Shown: positions 18,561 to 27,577 of the stretch, piece after piece | Layout of the letters: the number at the start of each line of letters is the position of its first letter | How positions within the stretch are numbered: position 1 is the first letter of the stretch | Source: Clostridia bacterium | GTDB taxonomy: Bacteria; Bacillota; Clostridia; Christensenellales; Aristaeellaceae | Length of the DNA: 64,000 nucleotides | Reading direction: 5' to 3' | Assembly: GCA_900769075.1 (NCBI GenBank) | Contig: CAAGFE010000111.1 | Span: forward strand, 752-64,751 | Position numbers and translations under genes: made by a program | Notes under the pieces: generated by a model | What the model saw: the letters and a program-made list of their open reading frames with translations, nothing else | The model's database searches: none | Told to the model about the DNA's origin: nothing

Positions 18561-19518
18561 GCCGATCCTTCACAAGGTGAAAAGGATCGCCATTGGCGGC
18601 TACCGTCAGATGGGCCTGCTGCCCAAGGCGGCGCTGTATGTGATGCTGATCTCCCTGTGCTTTGTGTATGTGTACCCGATCCTCCACATGGGGATCACCT
18701 CTCTCAAATCCCTGACCGACCTGCTGGACCCCTCCGTGCAGTGGCTGCCCCATGAGATCACCTTCAGCAACTACACCCAGGCGCTGGACATCATGGGCTT
18801 CTCCGAGCATCTGGTGGATACGCTGCTGGTGACGGTGGTTCCGGCACTTTGCCAGACGTTTTCCTGCGCGCTGGCGGGCTACGCCTTCGCCCGCTTCCGC
18901 TTCAAGGGGCGCGGCATCCTCATGGCCTGCGTGCTGCTGACGTTCATCGTGCCCTTCCCGGTGCTCATGGTGCCCACCTACACCATGTATGTGGACTACG
19001 GCATCATCCGCACCATCTGGACGATGATCCTGCCCGCCATCACCGGGCAGGGCTTGCGGGCGGCGATCTTCATCCTCATCTACCGCGCCACCTACGAGCA
19101 GATCCCCTTCTCCCTGGATGAGGCCGCCCGGGTGGACGGCGCCAGCGAAACCCGCGTGTTCCTGACCATCGGCGTGCCCCTGGGCCTGCCGGCGATGATC
19201 ACCAGCTTCCTCTTCTCCTTTGTGTGGTACTGGAACGAAACCTATTCCACCTCCCTGTTCATGGGCAACGCCGCCATGGGCAGCACGAAATACGTTTCCA
19301 CCCTGGTGATGGAGCTGGCCAAGTTTGAGGACAGCTACCTGGCCTATCTGCAAAAGGCAGGCGGATGGGCAGCCCAGAGCGGCGGCGCCAACATTCAGAA
19401 CGAGGCCGTCACCATGGCCGGCACGATGCTGGTCATTGCGCCGCTGCTGATCGTTTACTTCTGCCTCCAGCGCTATTTCACCGAGGCCATTGATCGCAGC
19501 GGCATCACCGGTGAATGA
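18550..19518 (+). CDS. CUT1 ABC transporter permease, MalG-type (second transporter of module 1), 322 aa
   Basis: DEAARVDGAS permease loop. GGGAGGAAAGAGG RBS. Paralog of 49910-50884. Confidence 0.8.
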   Translation: MADKPILHKVKRIAIGGYRQMGLLPKAALYVMLISLCFVYVYPILHMGITSLKSLTDLLDPSVQWLPHEITFSNYTQALDIMGFSEHLVDTLLVTVVPALCQTFSCALAGYAFARFRFKGRGILMACVLLTFIVPFPVLMVPTYTMYVDYGIIRTIWTMILPAITGQGLRAAIFILIYRATYEQIPFSLDEAARVDGASETRVFLTIGVPLGLPAMITSFLFSFVWYWNETYSTSLFMGNAAMGSTKYVSTLVMELAKFEDSYLAYLQKAGGWAAQSGGANIQNEAVTMAGTMLVIAPLLIVYFCLQRYFTEAIDRSGITGE

Positions 19519-19609
19519 GTGCGCTCGGATTCAACACGGTATCCATACAGGCAAGCGGTGCGTCGCAGGGCCTGTACACGGTATAAATCATGAAAGGAGA
19601 CTCCAACGT

Positions 19610-20953
19610 ATGAAGAAACTGCTTTCTCTGGTTCTGGCATGCATGATGATGCTGTCCCTGGTACCCGCGATGGCCGAAGAAGGCCTCGCGCCCATGACCA
19701 CTGAAAACATCACCCTGACCGTAGCCCATTGGGGCCAGGCCGAAGCCGGCGAGCCCGAAGTCATCGAGGCACTGATCGCCCAGTTTGAGGCTGCCTATCC
19801 CAACATCAATGTGGAATTCGTTGCCATCGACCAGGGCACCTGGGATCAGGGCCTGACCAACCTGGCCTCCGAGGGCAAGCTGCCCGACGTGTTCTGGGTC
19901 TTCAACGTGCCCAACGCCGTCGCCAACGGCTGGGCGCTGGACATCACCGAGTTCTTCGAGAAGGACCCTGACGCACAGGAGCTCTATCCTGCCATGCGTG
20001 AGGCGGCCAAGATCGGCGGCAGGAACTACTCCTACCCCGCTGTCATGTTCCCCCATGTGATGTTCATGAACGTGACCCTGTTCGAGAAGTACAACGTGGA
20101 ACTGCCCGCCATCGACTGGACCTGGGATGACTACTTTGAGCTGGCTGACGAGCTGAGCCACCCCGAGGAGTACAACTTCGGCATCTCCAACCCCCTGTAC
20201 ACCGACCTGTTCCCGGCTGCCTACAACGGCAACCAGGGCAAGTGGGGCTGGGACGGCGAGAAGTTCAACTTCGACGAGGTTTGGGTCAACGCCGTTGAGA
20301 AGCGCGCGGAGGTCATCAACAACAAGATCTGCGAGTGGATGAGCGCTGACGAAAAGACCGCCGTGCTGGGCGACCCCGGCGCATGGCCTCCCGGCATGGG
20401 CCGCACCGCCATGCACATTGACTGGCCCTGGACCATCGCGCAGTTCCAGACCTTCCGCAAGGATGAAACCGGCTGTGAATGGGTGTTCTACCCCCTGCCC
20501 ATGGGCCCCGGCAAGGGTGAGCTGGCCATCGTGGACAACGGCGTGATCTCCGCCGCCACCGAGCATCCCCGCGAGGCGTGGGAGCTGGCCAAGTGGATGT
20601 CCTGGGGCCCCCAGGCTGCGCTGTGCCGCCAGAAGACCTACCGCGACCTCGGCTATGCCGTGTCCCGCATGCCCGTTGTCTCCACGCCCGAAGTGTGGCA
20701 GGATCTGCTGGACAACGCCACTGAGGATCTGGTGCCCTTCTACCGCGGCTTCATCGAGCGCGGCGTGAATATCGTTCCCTCCAACTGGCCCGTTGCGCCC
20801 GGCTGGGGCACCATTGACGCTTACTACGGCGGCAACGACATCGACGGCAAGATCCTGCGCGGCGAGCTGTCTGCCTCCGACGTGGCGGACGAGCTGCAGG
20901 CCGTGGCGGACCAGGGCGTGGCCGACCACCTGAAGGCCCTGCTGGGCGAGTAA
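19610..20953 (+). CDS. Extracellular solute-binding protein, family 1 (second transporter of module 1), 447 aa
   Basis: MKKLLSLVLACMMMLSLVPAMAEEG signal sequence. AAAGGAGA RBS 9 nt before ATG at 19610. Paralog of 50976-52406. Confidence 0.75.
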   Translation: MKKLLSLVLACMMMLSLVPAMAEEGLAPMTTENITLTVAHWGQAEAGEPEVIEALIAQFEAAYPNINVEFVAIDQGTWDQGLTNLASEGKLPDVFWVFNVPNAVANGWALDITEFFEKDPDAQELYPAMREAAKIGGRNYSYPAVMFPHVMFMNVTLFEKYNVELPAIDWTWDDYFELADELSHPEEYNFGISNPLYTDLFPAAYNGNQGKWGWDGEKFNFDEVWVNAVEKRAEVINNKICEWMSADEKTAVLGDPGAWPPGMGRTAMHIDWPWTIAQFQTFRKDETGCEWVFYPLPMGPGKGELAIVDNGVISAATEHPREAWELAKWMSWGPQAALCRQKTYRDLGYAVSRMPVVSTPEVWQDLLDNATEDLVPFYRGFIERGVNIVPSNWPVAPGWGTIDAYYGGNDIDGKILRGELSASDVADELQAVADQGVADHLKALLGE

Positions 20954-21085
20954 GCATCGCAAGCAGTGCTGCGCGTTTCCCGCCCCGGCGGGCGCCAGCA
21001 CGCATGACTGATTGGGAGGGCAGGCAACGCACTGCCTGCTCTCCTGATCCCTTCGCATCACAATCATCGGAAAGGTGGACGCACC

Positions 21086-21949
21086 ATGCGCAAAACACGC
21101 TTCAATCCGGATCATTTCCATCCGAACCAGATCCCCATGTATCTGGTTCTGGTTCCGCTGGCGGTTTTCATGGCCGTCCCCATCGTGTTCATCATCAACC
21201 ACGCCTTCAAGCCCATCGAGGAGCTCTTTGCCTTCCCGCCGCGCTTCCTGGTGGAGAACCCCGTGCTGGATAACTTCACCCGTCTGGCACGCCAGGCGAG
21301 TGCGGGCGGCATCTCCATCAGCCGCTACATTTTCAACAGCCTCATCGTGACCGCTTCGGTGGTGTTCCTGAGCATGGCGATGTCCTCCATGGCCGCCTTC
21401 GCGCTGAGCAAGCTGCGCTTCCGCGCCAAGGCCACGCTGATGGAGATCAACAACCTCGCCATGATGTTCGTGCCCATCGCGGTCATCATTCCCCGCTATT
21501 TGCTGGTGGACAAGCTTGGCATGATCAATACCTATTTCGCCCACATTCTGCCGCTTCTGGCCCTGCCGGTGGGCATGTTCCTGGTCAAGCAGTTCACCGA
21601 TCAGGTGCCTGATTCCCTGATCGAAGCCGCCATCGTCGATGGCGCCGGATACTTCAAGGTCTACCGCAGGATCATCCTGCCGATGATCAAGCCTGCGCTG
21701 GCGACGGTCGCCATCCTGGCTTTCCAGTCCGTGTGGAACAACACGGAGACCTCTGCCATGTACACCAACAAGGAAAGCATGCGCACACTGACCTTCTATA
21801 TGAGCACGCTTTCCAGCAACACCAACTCCGTTGCCGGACAGGGCATGGCGGCCGCCTCGTCGCTGATCATGTTCCTGCCCAACCTGATTCTGTTCATTCT
21901 CTGCCAGAGCAAGGTCATGAACACCATGGCCCACTCCGGTATCAAATAA
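21086..21949 (+). CDS. CUT1 ABC transporter permease, MalG-type, displaced partner of 12500-13408 (module 1), 287 aa
   Basis: Clear paralog of 43449-44315 (AFKPIEELFAFPPRFLVENP vs AFKPMDELFAFPPKFFVSNP; shared C-terminus VMNTMAHSG). In module 2 the counterpart sits directly after the MalF-type gene. GGAAAGGTGG RBS. Confidence 0.8.
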   Translation: MRKTRFNPDHFHPNQIPMYLVLVPLAVFMAVPIVFIINHAFKPIEELFAFPPRFLVENPVLDNFTRLARQASAGGISISRYIFNSLIVTASVVFLSMAMSSMAAFALSKLRFRAKATLMEINNLAMMFVPIAVIIPRYLLVDKLGMINTYFAHILPLLALPVGMFLVKQFTDQVPDSLIEAAIVDGAGYFKVYRRIILPMIKPALATVAILAFQSVWNNTETSAMYTNKESMRTLTFYMSTLSSNTNSVAGQGMAAASSLIMFLPNLILFILCQSKVMNTMAHSGIK

Positions 21950-21981
21950 TCCCTCGCATCGCTTGAAAGGGGTTCTTTCCT

Positions 21982-24258
21982 GTGAAGGTGCTGATCATCA
22001 TCATGCTTCTTGCCGCCTCCATGCTGGGGATTGCCTCCGCGGAGGACTATCAGAACCCCATTCCCGTCCTGAACGACCGGGGAGAAAAGATGGACGCCGC
22101 CGACCCCTTTGTCCTGCGCTTCAACGGGAAGTACTACCTGTATACCACCGGTGCGGAAGAGATCCGCGTCTACGAATCGGAGGATCTCGTCCACTGGACG
22201 TTCAGGGGCCACTGCACCCGCCATGGCGAAGGCGCCATCGCCTTTGCGCCGGAGGTGATCTACTGGCGCGGCGCGTTCTATATGATCACTTCGCCCTACG
22301 GCCGCGGGCACTATATCATGAAAAGCGATTCTCCCCTGGGGCCCTTCGACCGGGTGACGGAGAACTTCGGCTATTCCATTGACGGTTCCCTCTTTGCGGC
22401 GGACAACGGCAAGCTCTACCTGTTCAACCTACCGGGCAACAAGTCCATCGGCATGGTGGAGATCGACGGGGACACGCTCACCCCCAGGGGCGTGAACAAG
22501 TCCACCGGCGTGACCCTCAACCACTGGACGGAGGGCCCCGGCATGATCCGCCGCGGCGAGTGGACCTACCTGACCTTTACCGGCAACCATTATCTTTCCA
22601 CGGGCTACCGCATTGCCTGGGCCAGCCGCAAGGGCGATGCCCTGGGCCGCTACACCCAGCCCAAGGATCACACGCTGATGATCAACAGCGTTTTCAAGGA
22701 TCCTTTCACCGGCCTGGGCCATTCCGCCAATTTTTACGGGCCCGACCTGGACAGCATCTATACCTCCTACCACTGCCATGCCCCAGAGCAGACCGGCGGC
22801 GGGCTGGTGCGCTGGTATTGCCTGGACCGCCTGCTGACCAACGGCGGATGGCTCTATACCACCGGCCCCAGCGATACGGCGATGCCCCTTCCGGATCAGC
22901 CGGATGTGCGGGGCGATGCCCAGGGAGACCTGCGTGACTTTGCTGAAACGGCCACGGGCTTCTTCGCTCAGGTCAATGCCGGCAGCCGCTTCACCCAGGA
23001 GTGCAATTTTCTGCTCAACGGCGGCGAAATGGCCTGGCGGATGGGCAGCCGTGACGGGGAGGCCGCGCTGATCACCACGGACGGCAGCAAGCTGGTATTC
23101 AAGGCGGGCGACAAGACCATCGCCCAGGCCCCTGTGCCGGAGCTGGGCGAAGCCGGACGCCTCCATACCCTGCGCGTGGAATGCACGCAGGATATCCTCT
23201 ATGTGTACATCGACACCATGCGCCTCCTGACGGTGAAGCATCCCGGGGTGACGGCGGATCTCATCGGCGCAGTGAAGCAGGAGGGCGCAGCCTATAGCTT
23301 CATGGCCCACACGGCCAGGGCCCTGGGCGACGGCGACCTGTCCGCCGTGAAGGCCATCCCCGGACGCTTCGCGGCGGTGCACGCGATCAACGGCGCCACG
23401 CTGGAAACCGTGGAGGGCCCGGAGCTGGAGGCGCAGGCTGCCCTGCTTGGCGAAGCGGCGTACCCTGTGCGCGTGGCGGCGGAAGGCGCCTACTGTTTTG
23501 ATCTGACCCTCCGGGCCAAGGACGCGGGCCGCCGGATCACCATCACCCTGAATGCCAAGCCCATCCTGGAATTCACCGTGCCCGAAGCGCCGGACAAGGC
23601 GGACTGGTTCACCTATACCACAGCGCCGGTGCAGCTGCCCGCAGGCGATCACACCCTGGGCATTTCCGGCGATCAGACGGCCGTGCTGATGATCTCCGCC
23701 TTCCTCCATGAGCGCATGGAAGAAAAGACCTGGGCGCTGGATCAGAACAAGCGCGAAGGCATCATCACCCTGGGCAGCTTCGCCGTCGGGAACGGGGCGC
23801 TGTCCGTCGGCACGGGCAAAAACAGCTTCGCACTCATCGGCAGCATGGGCTGCACGGATTACGAGTTGCGGGTGACCTTCGATATGCCCAGCCAGGGCAG
23901 CGGATACAGCGGTTTCCTGATGCACGCGGCCCATGCTTCCATCCACCCGGATCAGGTGGCGGAGGCTTGCTTCGGCTACGGCGTGGCCATCACCGCCACC
24001 GGTCTGACCATCCGCCGGATGAACTATGGTCATGCGATGGAGGCCACCAAGGTCAGGCTCGACGGTTGGGGAACCCTTGAACAGGCTACGCTCACGCTGC
24101 GGATGGAGGACAATGTGCTGTCCGTCTTCGTGGGGGACGGACAAGTGCCGGTGGCCGTGATTCAGGACAGCATGCCCTTCACCCACGGCATGTGCGGCCT
24201 GTTCTCCACGGGCAGGGAGCTGCGGGTGACGGAGCTGTTCGTCAGGCCGCTGGAATAA
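21982..24258 (+). CDS. Secreted GH43 family glycoside hydrolase (beta-xylosidase/alpha-L-arabinofuranosidase-type five-bladed propeller) with about 450-aa C-terminal beta-sandwich extension, 758 aa
   Basis: GTG start with AAAGGGG RBS. Signal peptide MKVLIIIMLLAASMLGIASA. GH43 motifs DPFVLRFNGKYYLY (Asp base), FAPEVIYWRGAFYMITSP and WTEGPGMIRRGEWTYLTFTGNH (Glu acid). Confidence 0.8.
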   Translation: MKVLIIIMLLAASMLGIASAEDYQNPIPVLNDRGEKMDAADPFVLRFNGKYYLYTTGAEEIRVYESEDLVHWTFRGHCTRHGEGAIAFAPEVIYWRGAFYMITSPYGRGHYIMKSDSPLGPFDRVTENFGYSIDGSLFAADNGKLYLFNLPGNKSIGMVEIDGDTLTPRGVNKSTGVTLNHWTEGPGMIRRGEWTYLTFTGNHYLSTGYRIAWASRKGDALGRYTQPKDHTLMINSVFKDPFTGLGHSANFYGPDLDSIYTSYHCHAPEQTGGGLVRWYCLDRLLTNGGWLYTTGPSDTAMPLPDQPDVRGDAQGDLRDFAETATGFFAQVNAGSRFTQECNFLLNGGEMAWRMGSRDGEAALITTDGSKLVFKAGDKTIAQAPVPELGEAGRLHTLRVECTQDILYVYIDTMRLLTVKHPGVTADLIGAVKQEGAAYSFMAHTARALGDGDLSAVKAIPGRFAAVHAINGATLETVEGPELEAQAALLGEAAYPVRVAAEGAYCFDLTLRAKDAGRRITITLNAKPILEFTVPEAPDKADWFTYTTAPVQLPAGDHTLGISGDQTAVLMISAFLHERMEEKTWALDQNKREGIITLGSFAVGNGALSVGTGKNSFALIGSMGCTDYELRVTFDMPSQGSGYSGFLMHAAHASIHPDQVAEACFGYGVAITATGLTIRRMNYGHAMEATKVRLDGWGTLEQATLTLRMEDNVLSVFVGDGQVPVAVIQDSMPFTHGMCGLFSTGRELRVTELFVRPLE

Positions 24259-24282
24259 GAACCCTTGGGAGGAAGGAGAACC

Positions 24283-26580
24283 ATGAAGCTTCTGCTGCTT
24301 CTGCTGGCGCTGATGCTGCCCCTGTGTGCATTGGCAGACGATTATGTGAATCCCATGACGGTGGAGGGGCAGTATCCGCCCTTCCCCGGTGCGACGGATG
24401 ATTACGGCATTGGCGATCCCTTCGTCCTGCGCTGGAATGGCATGTACTACCTGTATCCCTCCACCTGCGAGGAACGGGTGAAGGTCTTTACCTCCCGCGA
24501 TCTGGTTCACTGGACGGACGCAGGCTACTGCACCCAGGGCCGCGATGTGGACTTCGCCTACGCGCCGGAGGTCATCTACTGGCGCGGCAGCTTCTACATG
24601 ATCACATCGCCCAATGGGCGCGGACATTACATCCTCAGGAGCGATTCTCCCCTCGGCCCCTTTGAGCTGGTGACCGGGAACTTCGGCCACGCCATTGACG
24701 GCTCCTTCTTCAAGACGGACGACGGCAAGCTGATGATGCTCTTCCCGGACAACTGGATCATCAAGTCCGCCATGCTCGACGAGGATACCCTGCTGCCCTC
24801 CAAGCTGGCCTCCAGCACCGGCGCGACCCTCAGGCACTGGACGGAGGGCCCGGGGCTGTTCCGGCGGGGAGATTGGTATTACCTGACCTTCACCGGCAAT
24901 CATGTCTGTTCCACCGGCTACCAGGTGAGCTTCGCCTCGCGCAAGGGCGGCCCGCGCGGCAGCTTCGCCCAGCGCGAGGACGCGACGCTGCTGATTCACA
25001 GCGTTTTCAAGGATGAATTCAAGGGCCTGGGGCATTCCTCCAACGTGGTCGGCCCCGACCTGGACAGCATGTACATCGCCTATCATTCCCTGGTGAGCCT
25101 GGGCGGGCCGGCCCGGCTGTACAACCTGGATCGCCTGTTCACCAACAATGGTCTGCTCTATACCTCCGGCCCCAGCCATTCGCCCATGCCCGTGCCTGAC
25201 ATGCCGGACGTCTGGGGGGATGCGGGCGGAGCGCTCCACGGCTTCAGCGAGCAGGCGAACGGCTGGTTTGCGGAAATCCCCGAAACGCCCATTTTCACCC
25301 AGGAATGGAACTTCACCCTGCATGGGCAGGAAGCCTCCCTGCTCATCGGCCAGCAGAACGGCAGGGATGCTGCGGTCCTCGTGAATCAGGACAGCCTCCG
25401 CGTGGCGCTGGTCACCGGGGATGTCGACGTGCTGGCCAAGGCGTCGCTGCCGGACATTGGCCCGGCGGACTGTCTCCACACCCTGCGTGTGGAGGTCACC
25501 CCGGAGATTGCCTACTTCTACATCGATGACATGCGCGTGCTGACCATGAAGAAGCCCGGCATCACCGCCTCCCGCATCGGCGCGGTCGCCTCCGGCGGCG
25601 TGACCTACGGCTTCATGGCCTGCACGGCGCAGGCGCTGGGCTCCTCCGACAACACGGCCCTGAAGCGCCTGCCCGGCGGATTCAGCGCGCGCCACGCCCT
25701 CAACGCTGCTGACCTGACGCTCAAGGATTTCGGCACGCAGGAGGAACTGGCGGCGCTGTTGGGCGAGGCGGATTACAATGTGCGCATCGCCCAGGCAGGC
25801 GAATACTGCTTTGACCTGATGGTGAAGAAGGCTGACCAGGGCAAGCGCATCTCCATCGCGCTGGACGGCGAAGTGCTGTGGACGGGCGTTGTTCCGCCAT
25901 ATACCGGTCGGGACAAGAGCTTCACCTTCACCACGGACGCGGTGACCCTTCCCGAGGGGGATCATACCCTGACGGTGTCCGCGGAGCAGGTGCTCCTCAA
26001 TCGCATCAGCGCCTTTGCCCATACGCCTGTGGAGCCGATGGCCTTCGACTTCACCGCAAAGGCCCAGCGGGAGCACTTCATCACCTACGGCAATTTCATG
26101 CAGCGGCCCGCCGCCGGCAACCTGCACATCCCCAGCGGGAAAAAAGGGTTTGCACTCTTCGGGCAAGAGGGGTATACTGATTACGCTTTGGATGTAACCT
26201 TTTCCATCCCGCGCGGCGGCAGCGGCGCCTGCGGGATTCTGCTGCGGGCAACGGATGTATCCTACTATGACGCCCAGGTGGATGACAGCTACTTCGGCTA
26301 CAGCATCATGCTGTCCGAGAAGGGCGTGACACTGCGGCGATCCCGTTACGGCCAGGTGGGTGCCAGCCCCTTTGAGGCGGTCAAAGCCTGGGAAACGTCG
26401 GAAACAGGCTCGCTGCATATTGAGGTGCGGGGCAGCCGTGTGGCGATTTTCCTCCCCGGCGAAGAGGAGCCGCTGCTGACCATGGATGACGCCAAGCCCT
26501 TCACCCATGGGATGTGGGGATTCTTCTCCAAGGGCAGGGAGCTGACGGTGCTGGAATGCGCCGTTTCACCGCTGGAATAG
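24283..26580 (+). CDS. Secreted GH43 family glycoside hydrolase with C-terminal extension, paralog of 21982-24258, 765 aa
   Basis: Signal peptide MKLLLLLLALMLPLCALA. GDPFVLRWNGMYYLY, YAPEVIYWRGSFYMITSP, WTEGPGLFRRGDWYYLTFTGNH. GGAGGAAGGAG RBS before ATG at 24283. Confidence 0.8.
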   Translation: MKLLLLLLALMLPLCALADDYVNPMTVEGQYPPFPGATDDYGIGDPFVLRWNGMYYLYPSTCEERVKVFTSRDLVHWTDAGYCTQGRDVDFAYAPEVIYWRGSFYMITSPNGRGHYILRSDSPLGPFELVTGNFGHAIDGSFFKTDDGKLMMLFPDNWIIKSAMLDEDTLLPSKLASSTGATLRHWTEGPGLFRRGDWYYLTFTGNHVCSTGYQVSFASRKGGPRGSFAQREDATLLIHSVFKDEFKGLGHSSNVVGPDLDSMYIAYHSLVSLGGPARLYNLDRLFTNNGLLYTSGPSHSPMPVPDMPDVWGDAGGALHGFSEQANGWFAEIPETPIFTQEWNFTLHGQEASLLIGQQNGRDAAVLVNQDSLRVALVTGDVDVLAKASLPDIGPADCLHTLRVEVTPEIAYFYIDDMRVLTMKKPGITASRIGAVASGGVTYGFMACTAQALGSSDNTALKRLPGGFSARHALNAADLTLKDFGTQEELAALLGEADYNVRIAQAGEYCFDLMVKKADQGKRISIALDGEVLWTGVVPPYTGRDKSFTFTTDAVTLPEGDHTLTVSAEQVLLNRISAFAHTPVEPMAFDFTAKAQREHFITYGNFMQRPAAGNLHIPSGKKGFALFGQEGYTDYALDVTFSIPRGGSGACGILLRATDVSYYDAQVDDSYFGYSIMLSEKGVTLRRSRYGQVGASPFEAVKAWETSETGSLHIEVRGSRVAIFLPGEEEPLLTMDDAKPFTHGMWGFFSKGRELTVLECAVSPLE

Positions 26581-26626
26581 GCCACCCGGAAAAACGTTGA
26601 CGAATGGAGTGCAGCAGTTGAAGAAC

Positions 26627-27562
26627 ATGGATCTGAACCTGTCCGATCCCGGCAGGCTGCAAAAGGTTGCCCATGCGCTGTCCAATGAATTGCGTCTCAA
26701 AATCCTGTCCCTGCTGGACGAATGCAGCATGAACGTGCTGGAGCTCAGCCAGCGGCTGGGCGAGCCCATCTCGACCGTGTCCAGCAGCATTGTGGTGCTG
26801 GAGGCGGCGGATCTCATCCGCACGGAGCGCCAGAGCGGCGTGCGCGGCGTATCCAAGCTGTGCAGCCGCAAGAAGGACAACATCACCATCCACCTGGCGA
26901 ATACCGCCAAGCGGGAATTGGAGAGCTTCTTCTACAATATGCCCATCGGTGCCTATTCGGATTTTGACGTGACCCCGACCTGCGGGCTGCTCAGCCACGA
27001 GAGCAATCTGGGTGAAAACGATAACCCGGCCTCCTTCTATGACCCGGCGCGCTTTATGGCGCAGCTGCTGTGGTTTCAGCAGGGCTATGTGGAGTATCGC
27101 TTTTCCTCCCAGGCGCTCATGGAATATGAAGCCAAATGCCTGGCCATCTCCTTTGAGGCCTGCTCCGAGGCGCCCAACTACCGCAAGGATTGGCCCAGCG
27201 ACATCACCGTCAGCATCAACGGCGTGGAGCTGGGTACCTGGTGCTGCCCAGGGGATTTCGGCGGCAGGCAGGGGCGCTACACGCCGGAATGGTGGCTGCC
27301 ATCCTCCACGCAGTACGGCCTGCTGAAGCGCTGGAAGGTCACGCCCGAGGGCTGCTACCTGGACGATGTGCGCATCTCCGATGTCACGCTGGCCCAGCTG
27401 CGCCTGACGGACAAGCCCTACATCGCGGTGCGGATCGCGGTCAAGCCCGATGCGGCGCATCAGGGCGGCATCAACCTCTTTGGGGAAAAATTCGGCGATC
27501 ATCACCAAGCGATTGTGATGCGCCTGGATTGTACAGCAAAACAAACGATTTCGGACACATGA
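26627..27562 (+). CDS. ArsR-family HTH transcriptional regulator with about 220-aa C-terminal domain of unknown function, 311 aa (alternative TTG start at 26597)
   Basis: MDLNLSDPGRLQKVAHALSNELRLKILSLLDECSMNVLELSQRLGEPISTVSSSIVVLE is a typical ArsR/SmtB HTH. The long Trp/Cys-containing C-terminal domain has no recognisable family. Confidence 0.6.
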   Translation: MDLNLSDPGRLQKVAHALSNELRLKILSLLDECSMNVLELSQRLGEPISTVSSSIVVLEAADLIRTERQSGVRGVSKLCSRKKDNITIHLANTAKRELESFFYNMPIGAYSDFDVTPTCGLLSHESNLGENDNPASFYDPARFMAQLLWFQQGYVEYRFSSQALMEYEAKCLAISFEACSEAPNYRKDWPSDITVSINGVELGTWCCPGDFGGRQGRYTPEWWLPSSTQYGLLKRWKVTPEGCYLDDVRISDVTLAQLRLTDKPYIAVRIAVKPDAAHQGGINLFGEKFGDHHQAIVMRLDCTAKQTISDT

Positions 27563-27577
27563 GAGGAGTACAGGAGC

